A DNA stretch of 64,000 nt from the NCBI GenBank assembly GCA_002633005.1, contig NMRA01000858.1, positions 9,293 through 73,292 of the forward strand, given 5' to 3'. The notes below the pieces were generated by a model. That model saw nothing but the letters and a program-made list of their open reading frames with translations, was not told the origin of the DNA and did no database searches. Each line of letters starts with the position of its first letter. Position 1 is the stretch's first letter. Made by a program: the position numbers and the translations under genes. Below, in pieces: positions 1 to 13,445 of the stretch. Source of the stretch: Phoronis australis. Lineage: Eukaryota; Animalia; Phoronida.

Positions 1-628
1 CAATTACTCACTTACGGAAAGATTTGAAGGGTTGTAGACATATTTGTTCAGTCTTTAATAACGTTAAGAAACCTAAGTCAGAGTCTAAATGGGAAATAGA
101 GCTAGGAGATAGTTTAGATTGGAAGAAAATATATGCTTTACCTTACAAAATTACAAAGGATCCCCATATTAGATGGTTCCAATTTAGAATACTACATAGA
201 ATTATTGCAACAAATACCTTTTTAGTCAAAATATGTGTTAGGGATTCTGATCTATGTTCCTTTTGTAATAAAGCTCCAGAGACGCTGTCACACCTTTTTG
301 GGAATGTAGCTTTGTACAAGATTTCTGGAAGGAATTCGGAAAGCTACTTCAAAAGTGTGGCATTCAGCTTCCCAACTGTCTGTCTCACGATATTGTTATT
401 CTTGGACTTTACAAGACGCATGATTTTCTAGTTAACATTTTGCTTCTACTAGCTAAACAATACATTTACAAAGAGAGATGTCACAAAAATATACCTAATT
501 TTCTCAAGTTCGTTACAAAAACTTATGAATACTATAATGCTGAAAAATTAAATGCACATAAAAACGTTGTACATGACAGCTTCTCTGCAAAATGGGAAAA
601 ATTTATTGTTCATGTTAACTTCATGTAG
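1..628 (+). mobile_element. L1/Tx1-like LINE 3' fragment (C-terminal zf-RVT region), frameshifted
   Basis: ORFs 24-431 and 440-628 read WFQFRILHRIIATN...CSFC...ETLSHLF...LLLAKQYIYK, the CCHC C-terminus of L1-clade ORF2. It lies antisense within the presumed first intron of the CAP gene. Confidence 0.85.
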
Positions 629-1302
629 AAGATATTTACTTTAAACGAGATATGAGAATGGTCTTCCTGAGGTGTGCATGCGTGAATGAATGGTGTCCTT
701 ATTTGTTTGTTTGTTTTTGTAATTGTTTGTAAATGATAATAAATACATAAAAAAAAGTTTCATCTTCTTCACTTCTCTTAGTATTATAGGGTCCATGCAT
801 TTGAGTAGGGCGAGCGACATCCAATAAAAACTCGCCTCGGGCATCATCAAACCTCTAAACACTGTTTGAATCCGACTGGCTAATGTAACATTGCATATTT
901 TATACATGGAAGACAGCAGACACAACACTAAGGTTAAATTCATGGTCACACTTACTGATTTTTCGTGAAAACGAAACGGGGGACGCTTCAATGAGAACAA
1001 GTGTAGAAATAAGAAGTTGAATTTCCTTTACTTTGATAGTTCATCTCATATGTATTGCCTCTACATTTATAATACTATCATGATGTAAATTTGATCAAAA
1101 CAATTGCCTATTCAGCTATGAATTTGATATTCGTAAGTTGACACTTTTTTGTTACTATTCTAGTAACCAAAAAGAAAATTAACAGAAAGTAAACAAATAG
1201 ATAAATTTTCATACTAGTGAAGTCTGCCATGTATTTTAATACATAATCCTGGGTCACATACAGTAAAACCGGTAAGTGAAAGATAATTTATATTAACGTT
1301 AC

Positions 1303-1521
1303 CATATATTCCATATTGGCTGCTTCCTCGTCTCGCCTGGACGATATGTGGAAGTCCAAAATGTCTTGTTTCATTTTAGGCGTCATCAAATCTACTGTCT
1401 CGCGCTTAACTCGTTCTGATCGGGCCCACCATGGAATGTGAAACCAGTCAAGAAGAGACAAAACTCCGTACGACTCTTTTATAAAAATGACGGAAGCTAG
1501 AACAAATAGCAGCTCTTTCAT
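1303..1521 (-). CDS. First coding exon of a secreted CAP/SCP (CRISP/PI16-like) protein; the gene continues beyond the window start
   Basis: ATG at 1521 gives MKELLFVLASVIFIKESYG (signal peptide-like), an RVKR furin-type site, then LMTPKMKQDILDFHISSRRDEEAANMEYM, matching the CAP N-terminus (ILxxHNxxR...AxNMxxM). It ends at a phase-0 GT donor (ATG|GTAACG at 1302), just before the expected conserved Trp. Confidence 0.75.
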
Positions 1522-1564
1522 TATCGCTAGACAGTGCAACTTTGCTTACGCACAAGTAACACAG

Positions 1565-1572
1565 TATTTATA
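1565..1572 (-). promoter_or_regulatory. Candidate TATA box of the CAP gene
   Basis: TATAAATA on the minus strand about 45 bp upstream of the ATG, with an Inr-like AAAGTT about 30 bp downstream of it. Confidence 0.5.
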
Positions 1573-2094
1573 CGCTTTATGCGAGTGCGTCGACTAAGAT
1601 TGCAAAATGTGTCGGACACAGCTTTCACCTGGACTTGTGAAAATACTCATTCGAATAATTGTAGTTCTTGACAGTTTTTGAAGCGAACCTATTAGACCAT
1701 CTGTTTATATTTCTGTATAAAAGCAGATTTGCGTGCCCTTCGCGATGGCCATGTTTGCTGCCTTTTAATCTAATCACAAAGTCAAAAATTGAGAAGGATC
1801 CCAAGATCATATTTATTAACAATGCCATTGTTGTCATCAGTCATCATTTAAGAACACCCCCAGAAACGTTGATTTAATCTCTTTTTAACACCCACGTTAA
1901 CCTACTAAGTCTTCTAAATCTTGCTTAGATTTGATTCTGTTACTACAATCAATCAACAACTTGTTCGAAATACAACGCATAAAAAATTGTAAAATATTTT
2001 CATAAGCAAGTCATTCAGTCACTTCAGTTTTCGAAAACAATTTTTCGGTTTCATTTAGATTTTTGTAACCCTATTTTCGGCTCCATAGCGGTGT

Positions 2095-2248
2095 CAGTGG
2101 CGGATTTAGAGGGGGGGGGCANAGGTCCACAAACCCAAAAATTTGAGACCCCTGCAGCCCTACCTTTTAGGATGGGCGCGTGTATGTGGCGAAATTCTGG
2201 TTATTCCTGTGCCCTGCCCCCTAACTCAAAATCTTGGATCCACCCCTG
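2095..2248. mobile_element. Non-autonomous hAT-like MITE with 5-bp TSD
   Basis: Imperfect TIRs CAGTGGCGGATTTAG and (reverse complement) CAGGGGTGGATCCAA. Direct repeat GGTGT at 2090-2094 and 2249-2253. Confidence 0.7.
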
Positions 2249-2732
2249 GGTGTAGTCTCGTTAACTATTCTCGTCACACAGAATTCTCCAACTAATATCT
2301 TCATGTCTCTATGTTCCTAGTTAGGCTACCGTTGCTTTTCATGCCCAGTGTCCCTATATTTTCTCGTCCCGGCCTTCCCAAGTCTTAAAGTGCCTACGCC
2401 CCTATGTTCAATCTTTCCGATACATCGCCCGCGGATTGTTGCTAACCGGTTTCGTTATATTTACATTGGAGGGCCAGAAGATTTTTAGTAGTCGGCTATT
2501 AAATCGAGTGGAAAAACTTTTGTTAGCCAGTAAACCATATTATTTGTTCGTGTTAAACAAAGGCATCCTTCCCCGGAAGCAATTGAAGTATGACGAATCC
2601 AACGATTGCGCTTGTTCAAGAAACTTCATAGTGGTGGCCTTCTCATTCTTGGGTAGACGAATTGTGAATCTATCGCCTTATCTAAAAGCGAAATTGTCTT
2701 TTATCCTTGATTAGCAATACTAGCACAACTAC

Positions 2733-2843
2733 TGGGGTCACAGCAGGACCAGTGTTCACATGGGGTCACAGCAGGGCCAGTGTTCACATGGGGTCACATC
2801 AGGGCCAGTGTTCACATGGGGTCACAGCAAGGCCAGTGTTCAT
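2733..2843. repeat. Minisatellite, 4 x 28 bp
   Basis: Head-to-tail copies of TGGGGTCACAGCAGGGCCAGTGTTCACA with 1-2 substitutions each and no spacers. Confidence 0.9.
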
Positions 2844-4147
2844 TGCTAAAAGCTCCCCCGCGTCCCCACTGTTCATAGACAAGTGCCCCCAGGTGGCTAG
2901 ACATTTAAATTGCCCGAAAAGTGTCGTCCGCTTGCACACTAATGCACGTGACGCACACAAGGAAGTCATGCAGACATTGAAGTAACGGGTGGATGGCTCA
3001 CCAGGCTTGAGAAACTAAGCAGAGGGGACGCAAGGGTGCGGAAACATCGAATCCGGTATTATCAGGCAAGTTGGATGGGAAAATAAAGAGGTTGAAGATT
3101 TAGGGACGAGTTCCCTTTTCATTTTGTGGTTGCACTAGGGTAATCAATTTATCTTCACAATATACATTTCAAAACAAAAGTCAAATCACCATTGGATCCA
3201 CAACATTCTAAAATTTGAGGATGTTCTTTTTGGATTGTCAAAACCACAATAAGTGTCACTTCCTGTCTAGTTTGATAAAACATTAAGACTGGTCATTCTT
3301 TTAAAATTTTATGATTTACCATAATTTTGTGAAGTTAAAAATTCCCAAAGTATATCGAAAACATAAGCATAATACAAACTATTAAAATTCTTTTAAAAAA
3401 GTAAAAAGGATTTGGAACAGTACGTGAATCTTTATCAACATCTCGTGTAGGCTAAGTTTCACATTTTTTCAAAATTTGTAAATGTGCTATGAAATTAACT
3501 GGCGTCATTTTCAGTTCAAAAACAATATTTTAAAAATTGTTTGGAATGGTAGTTTCAAATTTCACCACCACGTGATTTCGCAACCAAGTCGATGGTCGTG
3601 TAAAATAAAGCTACGTATATTTTACTGACTGAAACCCCTCATCACAGGGCGGCTACACGATGTCTTAATTTTTAGCTTTATTATCGGCTTCATTCGTTTC
3701 TCATATCACTTTGAAGTGCTCCATTTTGACCCGCCGAGGTTGCGTAATAAAACTTTAATAGAACTTGAATTTTTCTCTTGCAGGCAATTTAAACGGCAAT
3801 TTTGTAAAAATGCATATTGTCGTCTCAAATTTTAAGTAAATTTACCGTAATATTGATAGATATAGCAAACCTCGACAGTTTCTGTGCAGTTCCCTCTAGT
3901 AAGCAATGATACCTAAACGTATTATACCGTTTTAATGATGAATTAACTCTACCTCACCCGGCCATGCTGTAATCATAGACCGAACTTGAGTTCATGCTGT
4001 AATGGAGTAACTAAGAGCGCCCTCTGTGTTTTTCGAATTACCTGTGGAAAATTCGTGGTCTCGGGTCTGGGATTTCATAGACCACACTTTTCGGCTAAAT
4101 TGTTAAGAAACAGCTAATTAAGCATGCCAGACGAAACGAATAGTGTA

Positions 4148-4553
4148 CCGGGGTTTTCCGTAGATAATCCCACTCGATGAAACGCCCATGGTCATTTATT
4201 CGGAAAATCATGCCGAACAAAGGCCCATGGGCGTTTATTTCATGTTACAACTTCTGGAATAACGTGTCCAGATAGTGGGGCGTTTATGCGGAAATTTCTT
4301 CTAAAAAGCCCACTTTAAGTCACAAATTCAGTTTGTGGAGCATTCATCATTTATAAAAAGCAAACAAAGTGCTGGCGAACTTTGCATTTATTAACATAAA
4401 GTTTAAAAACACATTTTTAAGTAAAAAACGTCAAAGTCAGGAAACCCATGACTTTCCGTTAACGCCCGGGTGCTTATATGGTGTTACTAAAACATTTGAA
4501 ATTTTTCATTTTCCGAATCACACGCCCATGGGCTCATTTACGGAAAAAATCCC
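4148..4553. mobile_element. Degraded Tc1/mariner-type MITE
   Basis: Left end TA|CCGGGGTTTTCCGTAGATAA; the right end reverse-complements to GGGATTTTTTCCGTAAATGA. Internal ACGCCCATGG motifs repeat. Confidence 0.4.
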
Positions 4554-5261
4554 AAACGTCTGCATGCTACGAGTTCACTAGCAGTTTGCCCAAACATGAT
4601 TATGTAAATGAGGAGACATCTGCTGTTAATCGATCAGTTTTCTTGTGTATGGCTCAACCCTGGGATAATAAACAAGAAAAATTGAACACATGCTTTAAAG
4701 TGCTCAGCATTTTTAATTTGACGGCTTGCATTTTGACGTGTATAATAATGAACGCATCGTGGTGTGTTGACTGACGATGACTGGAACAAACATCAGTGTT
4801 ATTATTATATTCACTACGTAACAGCTGACGAAACGGTACGGGAAACTAGGTCGCAAGCTCGTCGCATAGATATCGGTAGATAGGCGTATCTATTTTTCAC
4901 TTTGATTTTCTTTCTCATATAAGAAAGATAATGGTGACTATTTATCGGTAACCGGCTGATGTGTGACCTAGGGACCAAGGTATGATATCCGTGCTACCTG
5001 TATTGTTATACCCAACAAAGGAAAACAATGGTTGCGTCCCATAGGCAATAACCATGCGACGCGCTTACGCCCGTCGCATGGATCTCGCAAGTTAAACAAT
5101 AGCGAAATCCATACGACATCATTTGGCATGGTCCTACCGGAAGAGCGGTGCTTTCGGCATTTGACGTTTTTTTGTCGCCCATCTTTGTTGTGTTGGAAAA
5201 ATAGTTTATATACATATTATTCTATTAGTTTTGTACATTATTACTTAATCTTACAATAAAC

Positions 5262-7613
5262 ATCTTTTTTAGAGACATTTATTAACCAACCAGTACATAG
5301 TTGTGCGACAATATGACATCTACTTTAGTGTACATCAAACAAATTACGAACATTATCGGACCCTATAAAAGCTAGTTAGGCAAAAAAAGACCACCTTGCC
5401 TGGAATCTCTCAAGATCCAATTTATCATTGTAAATATTTTTTTCCAGGTTGTAGTAATCACATACCTCACGTAAAAATGACTGAAAATTGGGCTTAGTCT
5501 TTTGTAGTCTTTGTCTATATAAATGGAATTTCGCTAAGCAAAGAATTAAATTTACAACTTCTAATCTACAGGCTGGGTCTCCAAACAAGGCGGAAGACAT
5601 ATTTAACTGCAGAGGGAAATTGCACAGATTTATCATCCATGTTCTTAAACATCCCCAAAACTTCTGAACAAGTGAACATTCCCAATACAAATGTAGAATT
5701 GTTTCTTCATGTTGCTCACAGAAAGAACATAAAGCCGATTTACTAACACCTATTTTCTTTAAATAAGAGTTTGTACCAATAATTCTGTGGTTGATACGGA
5801 ATTGAAACCATCTGAGTCTGACATCAGAAGTACAATGATAAATTACAGAATGATTTTTTTCCAAGATTGAGTATCATCGCATAAGTTAATTTCTCTCTCC
5901 CACTTCAATTCTGCGACAGGTTTTACATATAATTTAGAAATAAATACTTCATAGGTTTTCCCAGTCCTTTTATTTTCCGAGGAGATTCGAAAAATATGTT
6001 CTGGAAAAAGTGGAGTGACTATAGTACTCTTGTCTCTTAGAAGATTCCAAGAACGAAGTATTGAACTTCGAATTCCATAAAAATGAGTAATACAAGGACA
6101 AAATTGAAAACGTGTACAACGTGATGATCATAAATATATCCCTTATCAGGGTCAATTAAATCGTATACGTACCGTATACCCTTTTGAAACCACTCGTTCC
6201 AANAATTTTGGGGTTATACCACAAAGGTTGGTACAAAGGATCCTCTATCTCACAAAGATTGATAAATTCGTATAAGATAAAAAATATCCTTCCAAAAAAT
6301 ATTTTTAGTACGGTTAGATACTTCAAGGAAAAAACAAGAACCTAACTGAAAAGAGTCATTTTTTATATTAGGAATAATTTCACATAAAATATTTAACCAA
6401 AGAGAAGTATTGTTATAATTTTTCAAGAATCTTCGAATCCAGGTCAGTTTAATAGCTTTGACAAATGACGCAATATGAACCATATTCCCACCTCCAACTT
6501 CAGATTTCTGCACCATGGTTTTTCTAGAGATTCTATCAGAAGAGGTACCCCATATAAAATTAAAGAATAGTTTTTCAATGTCCTTAAAAAAAGTAGCACT
6601 TGGAAGAGGAAGTGTGTAAAAGAGGTGAATCAGTTTTGGTAATAAGAAAGACTTGACAACCGTTATCTTGCCAAAGGTAGACAAATTTCTTTTTGACCAA
6701 CTTCCAATGCCTTTTCTAACCTCATTTAATTTTACATCGTAGTTTAAGTGAATCATGTCCTGTAAGTTGACAGAGAAGNTTCTTTTTGACCAATTTCCAA
6801 TGCCTTTTCTAACCTCATTTAATTTTACATCGTAGTTTAAGTGAATCATGTCCTGCAAGTTGACAGAGAAGGTAATTCCAAGAGATGTGAACTGGGAACT
6901 TTCCCATTTTAAATCTTTTTCACAACAAAGCCTATCACCACAACATATCTTAGAACCAATCCATATCCAAACAGTTTTATCGATATTGGGTGTCAAACCA
7001 GAATACTTAGCAAACTGATCAAGAAGGTTAAGTGAAGATTTTAAAGAGGCCTCTGAACCATCTAGAAAGAGGACCGTGTCGTCTGCATATTGCATTAATT
7101 TATACTCTAAAGAGCCTACTTTTATGCCTTTAACATTCTCACATTGCCTCAACATAGATGCCGTAATTTCGGCACACAACAAAAAAAAGATAAGGTGAAA
7201 GGGGATCCCCTTGTCTGCAACCTCGGCAAATGTTAAAGTAGTTGGACGTAAAGCCATACTGAATGACCGAAAGTTGGACACTTTCATTGAGTATTGTGAA
7301 CCACCTAATAATATCGTCACCAAAATTGAAATAGTGTAGAACTTTCTTAAGAAATCTCCAGGACACAGAATCAAAGGCTTTTTCAAAATCAATTAATACC
7401 AGAAGTCCGGGAATATCCTTAACTTGATTATATTGTAAGATGTCATAAATCACTCTGGTGTTCTCTCCCATAAAGCGACCTGGGAGAAACCCAGTTTGAT
7501 TAGGATGAATTAACTTATTTAAAACAGATTTTATCCTTTGTGTAATACATGCTGATAATAGTTTATAACTTGAATTTAGTAAGGAGATTGGTCTCCAATT
7601 TTTAATGTATTCA
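5262..7613 (-). mobile_element. L1/Tx1-like LINE copy A (RT, zf-RVT and 3' UTR), frameshifted
   Basis: Motifs KNWRPISLLN, DFEKAFDSV, GCRQGDPLSP, QYADD and CSFC...ETILHLYWEC. AATAAA and a short A-run lie near 5265-5285. The 5' end is at the N join (7614). Confidence 0.95.
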
Positions 7614-7614
7614 N

Positions 7615-10449
7615 AGCACAAAATTGTGATGTCAGAGCCTAAAGAAGCTTAGGAAAGCTTCCTGATGAAAGCTGATTGACTGTGGAACTCTTTAGATCAG
7701 TAGATCAAAAAGAAGAAGAGGTGTCACAAACGTTTGTGCAGAAAACAGCTGCATGTCCTGGTAGCGTACACAGTATACTGCTGAGTGCTGTAGACTAGAA
7801 GACCAAGTGTCAGACCAAAAAATTGAAAGGACATAGAACGGCATAGGAACGTTTCAAGACACCAACAGTAGTACTAAAGCTGAAGTTGCTGAAAGTGATA
7901 CAGATGTTATCCAAGATTTTCCAAGAAAATCAATACTTCCAAAATCTGAAACACCCGATTAACCTGAACAAGATAGGAACATTCTGAAACATGAGTGCAT
8001 CATTTGTTAGCAGGAAAAGTACATTATGGGCCACATTTCAAGAAAGAGAAAGAAGTATAGCTTTTAAAAACAGGTACGTGTTTTTGAAAAATACATCTTG
8101 GTGTTTTCCATGTGTGTTTCAGTATTATCACCAGTTGGTTTTTTAACTTGTTCAGCCTCTTGGCTGCCTAGGCCTTAGACAATACTGCTGACCCAGTAGA
8201 GATGATGATCATACCATAGGTACTCCATATGATGGATACTTTTCGGCAAATTATGTTCCTATAAGTTTAGAAGTACCGCGTAGAGAGATGCCTCTGAGGA
8301 GGTTGTTAATGTTTTCATTTGTTCCCAGTTTAAACAAATACCCGTGCAATCATGTTTTTCGAACACTCCATTCAGTTGCCACATCGACACTGCTTGCGCT
8401 AAGGGATAATCCTATGGTGTTATACTGTGGGTGTGATTTTAAAGCACTTTAAGTCAAAAATTTTTGAAAAGGTTAAATGGAGTAGATGGTTGCAAACAAC
8501 ATGCCGTGATCCCCTGCCGTAGTCTCAATTTTTTGTAAACATTAATTACTTAGGTAGCTGCAATGATAATTAAATTAAAGTGCCTAAGTGGCCATCGTCA
8601 CCGTCGAAATTTGAGGACGATGGAAGCCACTGTCCATTTCGTCAAACGTCGATAACCATAAGTGTAAATCAATTGACTATGGTTTGAGAAACTGATTTTA
8701 AAAAAATTAAATTTCAATCACTGCACTGGTATATCAGCTGATTTATTTTCAGTTGCAGCAACTGATCTAATTATTAGACGATCAACATTATTAGGCTACA
8801 GATCAGATGGCATGTAAATTTGTTAGGCTGGTGGTGGATCAGTTCCTGATATGTCCGTCTGAAAAAGTTGCATGCCAACTCACTCATAGTTGAATGTTAA
8901 ATTAGTGTTAACAGTTCGGGTTTTTTTCAGTTGGACTTGTATTGCAAGCAACAGCTCAGTCCAGAGCCTTGAATATGCAAATGAAATTCAAAGATAAAGA
9001 CCTTGTGTCTTAGAAGCCAAGTACCACAGATCATCATGCTATAAAAAATAGAAAGACAACGATTGTGAAGAGTGACGAATTCACAGTTTTCAGAGATGTT
9101 TTTCTACAGTTTTGTTTGGAGTTCATTGAATCGAAGCTTCTAACACAAGGAGATGTCATTTGCCTTTCAAAACTAAAGCAAGACTTTGAAGCTGTTCTTC
9201 AGAAAGCTGGTGTGCATGAAGTTATTTGGACAGGCAATCTTAAGAAATATTGTTGAAGCTACTCACTGTTGTAGTTTGTGCCCGACTAAGAGATACAAAA
9301 GTGAATTGCGGCAAGTGTTCAATAATTCACTAATTGTTGACTCTAATTAACACAGCCCATTGTAACATATTTTGAATCAAACGTTTGCCCAAATAGTGCA
9401 CGCCTCCAAACAAGGACTTAGTGTTTGACCCTTCATTGCCTGCGGGCTAATCACCAGTGTGCAGTGCTGTACCCTCTCTAATCGACCATAGTTGGCTCCT
9501 TGGCGGTGGAGCTTTGCAGTTAATATGTATGGTAATGACTGCATCTCCATTGACAGTACTAAACGATGAACGCTGCAAGTGCAAAAAGAACATGTGTGCT
9601 GGGAAACTGAGTTTGTGCTGCAATGCTAGGTCAAACTGTACAGAAATGTGCAGCTGTGACAACTGTAGTAACATCAGCAACACTGACTGCATAACATTGG
9701 ATAGTTCTTTGACAAGTCAACCCTAAATAGACATCCAACCCCGTTATTTCCTTTTTTTGTATTAAAAAGTTAATTTTATTTGTTGATTAAGTCATAGAAA
9801 GTACATACTTTGATCACTGTCATGTACTTGTCTCATACTGCTTGATAAACGCTGTCAGAATAATCTATTATTTTCATACAGTCTTTGTGCACATTCACAG
9901 AGATAATTCAACTATATTGTTTTTGTACTATAACGTATTTCTGGTGTATTATGCAAACAAGATGTATTTTACACCATTAGTCAATGTGTTAGTCATTGAG
10001 GCACAAATTTTGCCCAATCTCAAGTGTTTTGTGTTCTTTTTGTTGCCTGACAATGCCAGAATAACTTCCTAGTAACATTCAGACTTAGTTTGCATTTTTG
10101 CCACTAGGTGTCTCTTTACATTTTTTAAATTTCACTGTTTACAATTAATTCACAATAGTAAAACATGTAATGGGAGTGTAATATTATTCAATACAATGGC
10201 ACTGATGGGACCATATTACTTGTTTTACAAAAAAGTCACCAAAACTGTTGTTTTTACAAATAAAAGTTTACTAAGCTCTTTGGTGATTATTAGGTAACTT
10301 CAAACTCAAATTTCTCAAAAATGTGCAACTTTATATGTGGGAACTTTTTAGATTTTGAAAACACTCTAATAAATGAATTAAAAAACACCAAAATAAAATT
10401 GCCCCCCTAAAGTACTCACAAAAACTATTTTCTAGAGGCCCACCGACTA
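7615..10449 (+). mobile_element. Internally deleted Academ-like DNA transposon (3' end present, left boundary uncertain)
   Basis: DKDLV...EAKYHRSSCY remnant at ~8995-9040. PSLIDHSW...CKCKKNMC...CC...CTEMCSCDNC Cys-rich C-terminal finger at 9457-9726. The terminus ...GGCCCACCGACTA reverse-complements to TAGTCGGTGGGCC, a TAG end as in Academ. Confidence 0.6.
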
Positions 10450-11790
10450 ATTGTTTAAATGGCTAAGTCAATCTGCAAAATAATTGGAAAATGCTTTATA
10501 TAAAAAATCCAAAATAAACTGTCTAACGTTTTTCAAAAATCAACAAAAGCAAACAGTCCTGGGATATCTTTTCAGGCAAACAGTCCTAGGATATTACCTT
10601 TTCAGTAAATTTGATTATCATATCCTAGTCTCATATTTTTTTACAACAAATCAATTTTTTAAAAGCCTTTTTGTTTTTTATGAATAAGTTCATTAATTAC
10701 TCTTTTTAGGCGTTGAGCAGTAAAACTTCATATAACTTTTATAAATGACATTCAGCAAATATATGGGACTTCAATTCTTCAAATGCTTTCCTTTCCTGGC
10801 TTAGGGATAATACTTATAGCTCCTTGGTGTAATGACAGTGGTAGTGATCCAATCATATTGCGAAAATTAACTGCTCCAACGAGAAAAACAGAAATATCAC
10901 TCTAAAAGAACACATAGAACTTAACTGGGCCACAAGTTTTGATATTATTTTTTTGAACAGCACTTAAGATTCATCTTACGAATTTCTTCAGAATGTGTAT
11001 GGCCATCGATTTTAACATCTACAACAGGTTTATCTTTGTTTTCCTAAAGCAACTTATAAAAGTTTGAAATCATTAATAGTAGTGGCTCTTGTTTATTGAC
11101 TAATTGTCCATTTGTATTTATTAATTTCGATATTTTTATTTACATAATTTCTTTTATCTAAATAGCAAAATATTTGGTGAGTTTCTCCCTTTCTTCAATC
11201 CATCTAGCTCTCTCACAAACGAGATGTTCTTGCATGAGGTATTGTCTATGGTCATCAAATTCACTTTTAACTTCTTGAAGCATTTCCTTAAAAAATGTGA
11301 TTACTTTGTGCCAACTGTTGTAAAACTAATTTGTTTTTCAAGACTAATCATTTTACAAAATCTCTCTTTAGATTTTAGTTTACAAAATTAATGAATATTT
11401 GACCTAATTTTTATAAGAAGAGTCTCAGAAAACAGAGCTTAGCCAATAAAAAATTCTTGTACTATCAATTTCATTTTTACTATAAACCATATGAACCTTA
11501 AGGACATACTACCCTTTTACATCTTTTAGAGACTTTTTAATAAAGTTACCATATTGGGTAATATCAAAATGCCACAAACCCGGTCCTCTGTTCAAGTCAG
11601 AAAGATTTAAACCTAATGACATAAAACACTGGTCAGTTCTTTATCCCGCCCAAATGTAAAAAAAAATATTAAGTTGATCTATTTCTCAGAAATTAGACTT
11701 TAAACATGCTTTTTGATTGGATTATGTTTTTCCAACTATAAGATTTAAAGTTAGGGTTCGCCAATCTCCATGGATCAACAAGATTTTAAA
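10450..11790 (-). mobile_element. Old L1/Tx1-like fragment (end of APE, linker, start of RT)
   Basis: Minus-strand remnants NLVDPWRLANPN (~11750-11785), GSLPLSLHQGAISIIPKPGK (~10790-10850) and DIPGLFAFVDF (~10535-10570). It abuts the Academ terminus. Confidence 0.75.
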
Positions 11791-11799
11791 ATTTTACAT

Positions 11800-12480
11800 A
11801 CTAAATCACAAGCGGTAAATATTTATGACACCTTGGTTCAGTCACTGCAGACAGCTTCTAAGTATAAAAACAAGTGGTCATCTGAGATAGATATAAACGG
11901 TGCTATAAATAATGTAAATTTTAGTGAATCTGATACATGGTGAAGAAAAGTAAATAAACTCCCCTTCAATTGTACAAAAGATACAAAATTGCGTTGGTTT
12001 CAATACCGCTTAATTCACAAAATATTGCCAACTAATAGTTATTCACATAAAATTAAAATAAAAACAAGTGATTTATGCTCTTTCTGTGGTGAACACAGTG
12101 AAACTTTTCTCCATCTGTTTTGGGAATGTCGTCTTGTCTCCGGTTTCTGTTTCCTGTTTGCTGATTGGTTAAAACAAACATATCATGTAAATTTTCCTGT
12201 GGACAAGATAGCAGTGTTTTTTGACTTTTTTGGGAAACATTCAGTCAGAAAATTGTAATATTAATTTGTTGATCATGGTAGCAAAAAATTACATATTTAG
12301 TCAAAAGTTTGTTAAAAAAAATCTTAATATCGAATTGTTCATTAACTTTATTAAATTACATCCTGAAGGAAATATGGTACTTGTTGAATAATAATTTAAT
12401 GTTATTTAAACGATGTATAGTATATTGTTTTATATTACTTGTAATTATCATGCTAGAGCAAAATAAAAATATTAAAAAAA
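11800..12480 (+). mobile_element. L1/Tx1-like 3' fragment (zf-RVT)
   Basis: ORF 11989-12258: RWFQYRLIHKILPTN...CSFCGEHSETFLHLFWEC. A-rich end at ~12460-12481. Confidence 0.85.
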
Positions 12481-13445
12481 ACAAGATTTACCCTAGAACT
12501 AATAACAAAGACTCTTAGTCTCACATGGTTATTCAAATGCAAATAAGAGTAACTATCAAATTCAAAAGCTTGGATTATAAGCTTCAATCACCGCACTTGA
12601 TTGTGAAAACTGTATCAATGTTTCCAGAATAACGTAAATATGAGAAAGAAATCTGGGTCATCGCTATTAGGTCCATATGTAACGTGTTAACTACTGTTAC
12701 ACTATACTTTTTCTCAATCATCAGGGACAAAACAATGAAATAACCTTTTTCATCAGACTGTTCTGACTTAATCTCATATTCAAAATCATTTTTTTAATAA
12801 AATACAAACCCCATGTGATGGTTGTTTCGCAACTTTGATCAATTCCATATCCTCACACTAATATTTCAACATTTTAATCACTGTTCAGAAAATGTGCATG
12901 TTAAGACAATAAATCGAAAACATTGTGGCTCAGATATAAAATCTTTATGCTTCGAAATATCATGTAGGCCCTTGCAGTTCATGGAAACCTAATAGATTAA
13001 TCATTGTTAAAGAACAGAATGTAACAAAAGTATTTTTTGAAATGCACATTCATTAACTGCAAATAGCATAGTCATGAAATTCTAATAAGCAAATAACATG
13101 TCAAATTCTTAAATTAGAAGAAAGGCTATTAAAGGTGAGTTCACATGCATAAGTCCACTGAAGGTCCAGTTAGGTTCCAGCATGCAAATAATACACTAAG
13201 CACAGCTATTTGGGCCACAACTAGCGTGGCAATGTCAAGGGCCTTTCATACTAACGTCGACGTGTCGATGTTTTGAGGAGTTGCAGTCAGTATGAACGCT
13301 TAACTTTGGTCCTGGATCGAAGTTCACGGCACCAGTTTACTTTGCAGATTTAAGAGCGGAGCGTCGATGCTGCGGTGCAGTATGAATGGTCAACTTTGGT
13401 CCCATTGCAGTAATTGACAGATGCTACTGTTATCAACAAGTACAG

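Noticed and set aside
641-1000. 119-aa ORF as CAP exon 2
   Set aside because: No CAP motif was found in the frames examined.
2733-2843. 28-bp repeats as a CRISPR array
   Set aside because: The repeats are contiguous with no unique spacers, there are no cas genes, and the context is eukaryotic.
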